Of a stretch of 64,000 bases of DNA, positions 60,470 to 64,000 are shown piece after piece. Each line of letters opens with the position of its first letter. The first letter of the stretch is position 1. The stretch comes from a virus (taxonomy: Duplodnaviria > Caudoviricetes). The position numbers and the translations under genes are program-made. The stretch covers positions 12,511 through 76,510 of IMG/VR virus record IMGVR_UViG_3300015375_001377. One strand, given 5' to 3'. A model generated the notes under the pieces. The model searched no databases and was not told where the DNA came from. It worked only from the letters and a program-made list of their open reading frames with translations.

Positions 60470-63223
60470 ATGCCATACGAGATAATTAAAAATCCTCAAC
60501 AGTTAACAAAGGTAAATATACTATCTTCTATTGCTTTTAATGACGTAGATACAGGGCTATTGCTTAACAATGCAAAATACCCATTACTTTCAGCACAATA
60601 TTCAAATATTTATAGTAATATATCTGGTAACGCTACTTATGCTTTGCCTGGTGGCCTTATTATCAAGGGCCAATCTCCTTCTTATGATACTTCAGTACAA
60701 AACTTACCAGGAATAGGTAATTATGGGTTATATATACAAAATGTTAATAACATGGACCCTGGCACTACATTAGTAAGTGACGGTAGAGCTCAAGTTACCC
60801 ATGGAATGACATTTAGAGCAGGCATCAATAATTTTACTGCAGGATCAGATCATACACACGTAATATGGCAGGGTGCACCTTCTAATGCAACACAAGGTTG
60901 GCAAGTTACTATGGGGGGAAACAGAGAAAGTGTTTACGGTTATACCCCTGCTGCAGGTTATACAAATAGATTTTTTGTTCACACTTTGCCTCAATTTCAA
61001 ATCTCTACTACTATTACTGCTAATAGTGGGGGATATATTGATACAAGAGAGGCTCAACTATTAACTGGTACTGATAGATTGACTGGTGTAGTTATAGAAG
61101 TCAATGACACGCTTACTACAAATTATCATTTAATAAACGTAAATGAAGTTGTAAGTTTAACTTTTAACCCGGGAGTGGCAGGTATAGTAGCAGCAAGTTA
61201 TAATAGTCAATGTACTCAAATTTCAGCTAACCCAACATTAACTGCATTTAAATTTGATGTGTTTATAGGAAACTCTTCTAACTGGACTCCTGCTTTTAAA
61301 GATAAGCAGGCAGTTAATCTTTTAGCCAGAGCTCAAGGTGGTAATCCAGGTGTTTCGTTGATTACAAGCCAAATTGGTACACCTTTAACAGATTATGTAG
61401 GATTAACTGGTAATTATAAGAATGTAAAGAAGCATATTTTAGTAAGATTTACTAATTCTACAGTTTTAACAGGCCTTAAGCCTGGTTCACCATTAACATT
61501 ATGGGTACCTGTTAATATGCCATCTTCTTCTCCTGCAGGTACAGGGTTTATAGTGCCAGATAGACCAGGAATAGTTCTCACTAACCCTACTACCTATCGA
61601 TATGGTTATTTTGATGCATATGTTAGAAATAAAATAGATAATGATCTTGAAATAAGCATAGGAAATATAATGGATTCTTATGCTTTTGAAAATGTAACAA
61701 TTTCTTGCTCTGCTGATGGTTCAGCTGGATGGGTACTCTATGGTGGATCACAGGACTCTGTACATAGACCTACATTTGGCACAGTTGGTTTTTATTTTGA
61801 AAGAGAAAATTATAGATTTACTAGTGCTAATAACTTTGCTTACACTAGTGGTGGTACAGTAAAAAACAGTGTTTTAGGTAGTGTTTCAGAATCTTATGGT
61901 AATTTTTCCTACGGATTAGGTTATCAAGGTGTTGTATTAGGAAATTATTCTGGTAATTATGCGGGTAAAAATAATTATGTGTTTGGAAATAATTCTGTAA
62001 CTGTTGGAGGTACAGAATTAATTAGTAATTCTTCTAATCAAGTAGTAATAGGCGCCTATAATAACCCTAATACAAATTCTTTATTTGTAGTAGGTAGTGG
62101 AAATGAAAATAATAGAAGAAATGTGTTAGAAATAGCTACAGATGGCACTGTAATTAATGATTTGAATATATTTTCTACCATATCAGATGATTTTACTTTT
62201 AGTAATAATGATAAAGGAAGAACATTTCATATAGATAATAGAAACACACCTACATCTGGTATATATCTCTCGTTCCCCTCAGACCTCCTTAATGGATTTA
62301 ATGTAGAGGTAGTATTATTAGGTACAAAAACAGTTAATATATCTTCAACACAGACACCTGTACTATGTGCTAGCTTTACCTCTCTTTCTGATGCATTTAC
62401 TAAGACAAGTTTTTATAAATTTAACAATGATCTATATGGGGTAAAGGGAGGAGGAGGTGGATCTGGTCCAGAAATTCTATCTACTGCAGAGCTATTAATG
62501 GTTGGAGGAGGTGGTAGCGGTGTTATTGGAGGAGGCGGCGCCGGTGGATTAAGAACAACATCCACAACAATTATTATAGGTCAGACATATGATGTAGTTG
62601 TAGGTGGCGGGGGAAGCGGGGTTACTTATGGAACTAATACCGGTAATTCAGGAAGCAACTCAGCTTTTGGAAATTTAGTTGCACAAGGCGGCGGTTCAGG
62701 TGGCTCTTTTGCAGGCAACCCCGCTGGCGGAGGTAGTGGCGGAGGGGCAGCAGGTGTAGGCACTACAAGATTAGGCGGTTCAGGTACTGTAGGACAAGGT
62801 AATAAGGGTGGTGATATGCTAAGCTCAGGTACAATAGCAGCAGGAGGTGGTGGTGCTTCACAGGCTGGTATCGATAATGTTGGTTTATTAAATACAGGTA
62901 CTGATGGTGGTTCAGGTTTAACTTGGTATACTAATTTATATTACGGAGGTGGTGGTGGAGGTGCTGCAAGTACAGGGACTGTCGGGCAATCCGGTATCGG
63001 TGGAGGCGGCGTTGGGGGTAAACCAGGAACCAATCCATCAAGCGGTATAGTAAACACGGGCGGCGGGGGTGGCGGAGGGTTTGAAAACACATCAGGATCA
63101 GGTGGTTCAGGTATAGTTATTCTTAGATATTCAGGATCCCAAAGAGGTACTGGTGGAGTTGTAACACTTTCTGGCGGATATACATATCATACGTTTACAG
63201 GTGCTGGCCAATATATAGGATAA
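60470..63223 (+). CDS. tail fibre protein with Gly-rich C-terminal domain
   Basis: LLMVGGGGSG...GGGAGG...GSNSAFG...NTGGGGGG...GSGGSGIVILRY...GYTYHTFTG pattern. Confidence 0.8.
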   Translation: MPYEIIKNPQQLTKVNILSSIAFNDVDTGLLLNNAKYPLLSAQYSNIYSNISGNATYALPGGLIIKGQSPSYDTSVQNLPGIGNYGLYIQNVNNMDPGTTLVSDGRAQVTHGMTFRAGINNFTAGSDHTHVIWQGAPSNATQGWQVTMGGNRESVYGYTPAAGYTNRFFVHTLPQFQISTTITANSGGYIDTREAQLLTGTDRLTGVVIEVNDTLTTNYHLINVNEVVSLTFNPGVAGIVAASYNSQCTQISANPTLTAFKFDVFIGNSSNWTPAFKDKQAVNLLARAQGGNPGVSLITSQIGTPLTDYVGLTGNYKNVKKHILVRFTNSTVLTGLKPGSPLTLWVPVNMPSSSPAGTGFIVPDRPGIVLTNPTTYRYGYFDAYVRNKIDNDLEISIGNIMDSYAFENVTISCSADGSAGWVLYGGSQDSVHRPTFGTVGFYFERENYRFTSANNFAYTSGGTVKNSVLGSVSESYGNFSYGLGYQGVVLGNYSGNYAGKNNYVFGNNSVTVGGTELISNSSNQVVIGAYNNPNTNSLFVVGSGNENNRRNVLEIATDGTVINDLNIFSTISDDFTFSNNDKGRTFHIDNRNTPTSGIYLSFPSDLLNGFNVEVVLLGTKTVNISSTQTPVLCASFTSLSDAFTKTSFYKFNNDLYGVKGGGGGSGPEILSTAELLMVGGGGSGVIGGGGAGGLRTTSTTIIIGQTYDVVVGGGGSGVTYGTNTGNSGSNSAFGNLVAQGGGSGGSFAGNPAGGGSGGGAAGVGTTRLGGSGTVGQGNKGGDMLSSGTIAAGGGGASQAGIDNVGLLNTGTDGGSGLTWYTNLYYGGGGGGAASTGTVGQSGIGGGGVGGKPGTNPSSGIVNTGGGGGGGFENTSGSGGSGIVILRYSGSQRGTGGVVTLSGGYTYHTFTGAGQYIG

Positions 63224-63226
63224 ATA
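63221..63226 (+). promoter_or_regulatory. late promoter TAAATA
   Basis: Begins with the upstream TAA stop; 5 nt before ATG 63232. Confidence 0.6.
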
Positions 63227-63231
63227 AATTT

Positions 63232-63594
63232 ATGGCACACTTTGCAAAATTAGGATTAGATAACTTTGTTGAGCAAGTTGTCGTTATTGATAATATTAAT
63301 AATATGACACCTCAAGGTATAGAAGACGAGAATGTAGGAATAGCTTATCTGTCAAAAATATTAGGCCATACTACCTGGAAGCAAACCTCATATAACGGTA
63401 ATTTTAGAAAAAATTTTGCAGCTATAGGATATAAATACGATACACAAAAAGATGCCTTTATTGCACCAAAACCTTTTAATAGTTGGTCATTAAATGAATC
63501 TAATTGTAAATGGGAACCCCCTATACCTATACCAAATGATGGAAAAATATATACTTGGGATGAAAATACAGTAAATTGGGTGGAAATTAGTTAA
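63232..63594 (+). CDS. conserved small partner of Gly-rich fibres (MAHFAK... family, probable assembly chaperone)
   Basis: [27 protein letters not shown]...[26 protein letters not shown]. Confidence 0.8.
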   Translation: MAHFAKLGLDNFVEQVVVIDNINNMTPQGIEDENVGIAYLSKILGHTTWKQTSYNGNFRKNFAAIGYKYDTQKDAFIAPKPFNSWSLNESNCKWEPPIPIPNDGKIYTWDENTVNWVEIS

Positions 63595-63599
63595 TATGT

Positions 63600-64000
63600 A
63601 TGGAGATACCCTCATTTCAAGATCTAAATAGATCTAAAAGAAATAGTTTTAATAACAGATCTTCTTTTAATAATTTACAAAAGCTAGGGCCACCATATAG
63701 TAAAGATTTAAACTTTTTACCCACACCTACTATAACACCTACTAATACTCAGACACCCACTAATACCCAAACACCTACTCAATCATCTTCATTAACACCA
63801 ACTAATACCCAGACACTATCTAATACACCTACACCTACACAAACACCTACTCAAACACCAAGTATAACACCTACCCCGTCACAGACTAACATTTTTTCAC
63901 CTACACAAACACCTACTGAAACACCTACCCCTACTACAACCAATCCCCCTCCACCTTCCCCTACACCTACAGAAACACCTACAGAGACACCTACAGAGAC
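63600..64000 (+). CDS. Pro/Thr-repeat stalk protein, truncated at window end (not in ORF track)
   Basis: ATG 63600: [48 protein letters not shown]..., open to the edge; leader homologous to that of 38399. Confidence 0.75.
   Translation, partial: MEIPSFQDLNRSKRNSFNNRSSFNNLQKLGPPYSKDLNFLPTPTITPTNTQTPTNTQTPTQSSSLTPTNTQTLSNTPTPTQTPTQTPSITPTPSQTNIFSPTQTPTETPTPTTTNPPPPSPTPTETPTETPTE

Noticed and set aside
4124-61064. Other short ORFs overlapping long genes (e.g. 4124, 4876, 5464, 7413, 9071, 10514, 10533, 10793, 12612, 13933, 14223, 15507, 16041, 17724, 18036, 18588, 23924, 28372, 29105, 35190, 43052, 44328, 53158, 53617, 60845, 60873)
   Set aside because: They lie wholly or almost wholly within well-supported genes in another frame or strand, with no recognisable motifs.
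1-64000. Stop-codon reassignment (TAG noticed as a stop only once, at 47082, with TAA two codons later)
   Set aside because: Conserved genes (gp17, gp18, gp44, gp6) are intact in the standard code with no in-frame TAG or TGA; TAG rarity is expected in AT-rich genomes.
1-64000. tRNA, rRNA or structured ncRNA genes
   Set aside because: Intergenic gaps are almost all under 60 bp and no cloverleaf or T-loop motif was seen; tRNAscan-SE/Infernal would confirm.

Overview
A 64-kb, very AT-rich, densely coding segment of a large T4-like (Tevenvirinae/cyanophage-like superfamily) contractile-tailed phage genome; no tRNA, rRNA, CRISPR, integrase or transposon is visible. Positions 1-6 kb hold replication genes (gp59-like, gp32, gp45-like, gp61 primase) with an NRS/ER-type NDP-rhamnose epimerase-reductase among them. 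Positions 6-36 kb hold neck, terminase, tail and baseplate genes in a non-T4 order (gp14, gp17, gp3, gp18, gp19, gp54, gp26/51, tape measure, gp48, gp53, gp27, gp16, gp25, gp6, gp7-like), interrupted by dUTPase and the gp44 clamp loader. Positions 36-64 kb are a large array of fibre/adhesin genes: six Pro/Thr mucin-like stalk proteins, two legume-type lectin domains, a LamG-like domain apparently split over two genes, a Gly-rich fibre with its partner, and a 1890-aa beta-helix protein with nine phycobiliprotein-like C-x-R-D repeats. The most striking unexplained patterns are (i) promoter motifs at a fixed 5-6 nt from start codons across the window, implying leaderless mRNAs, (ii) the phycobiliprotein-like repeats, (iii) the mucin-stalk/lectin/rhamnose-enzyme combination suggesting a glycosylated virion, and (iv) the split LamG domain. 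All protein family assignments are by-eye motif comparisons from memory, not database searches.
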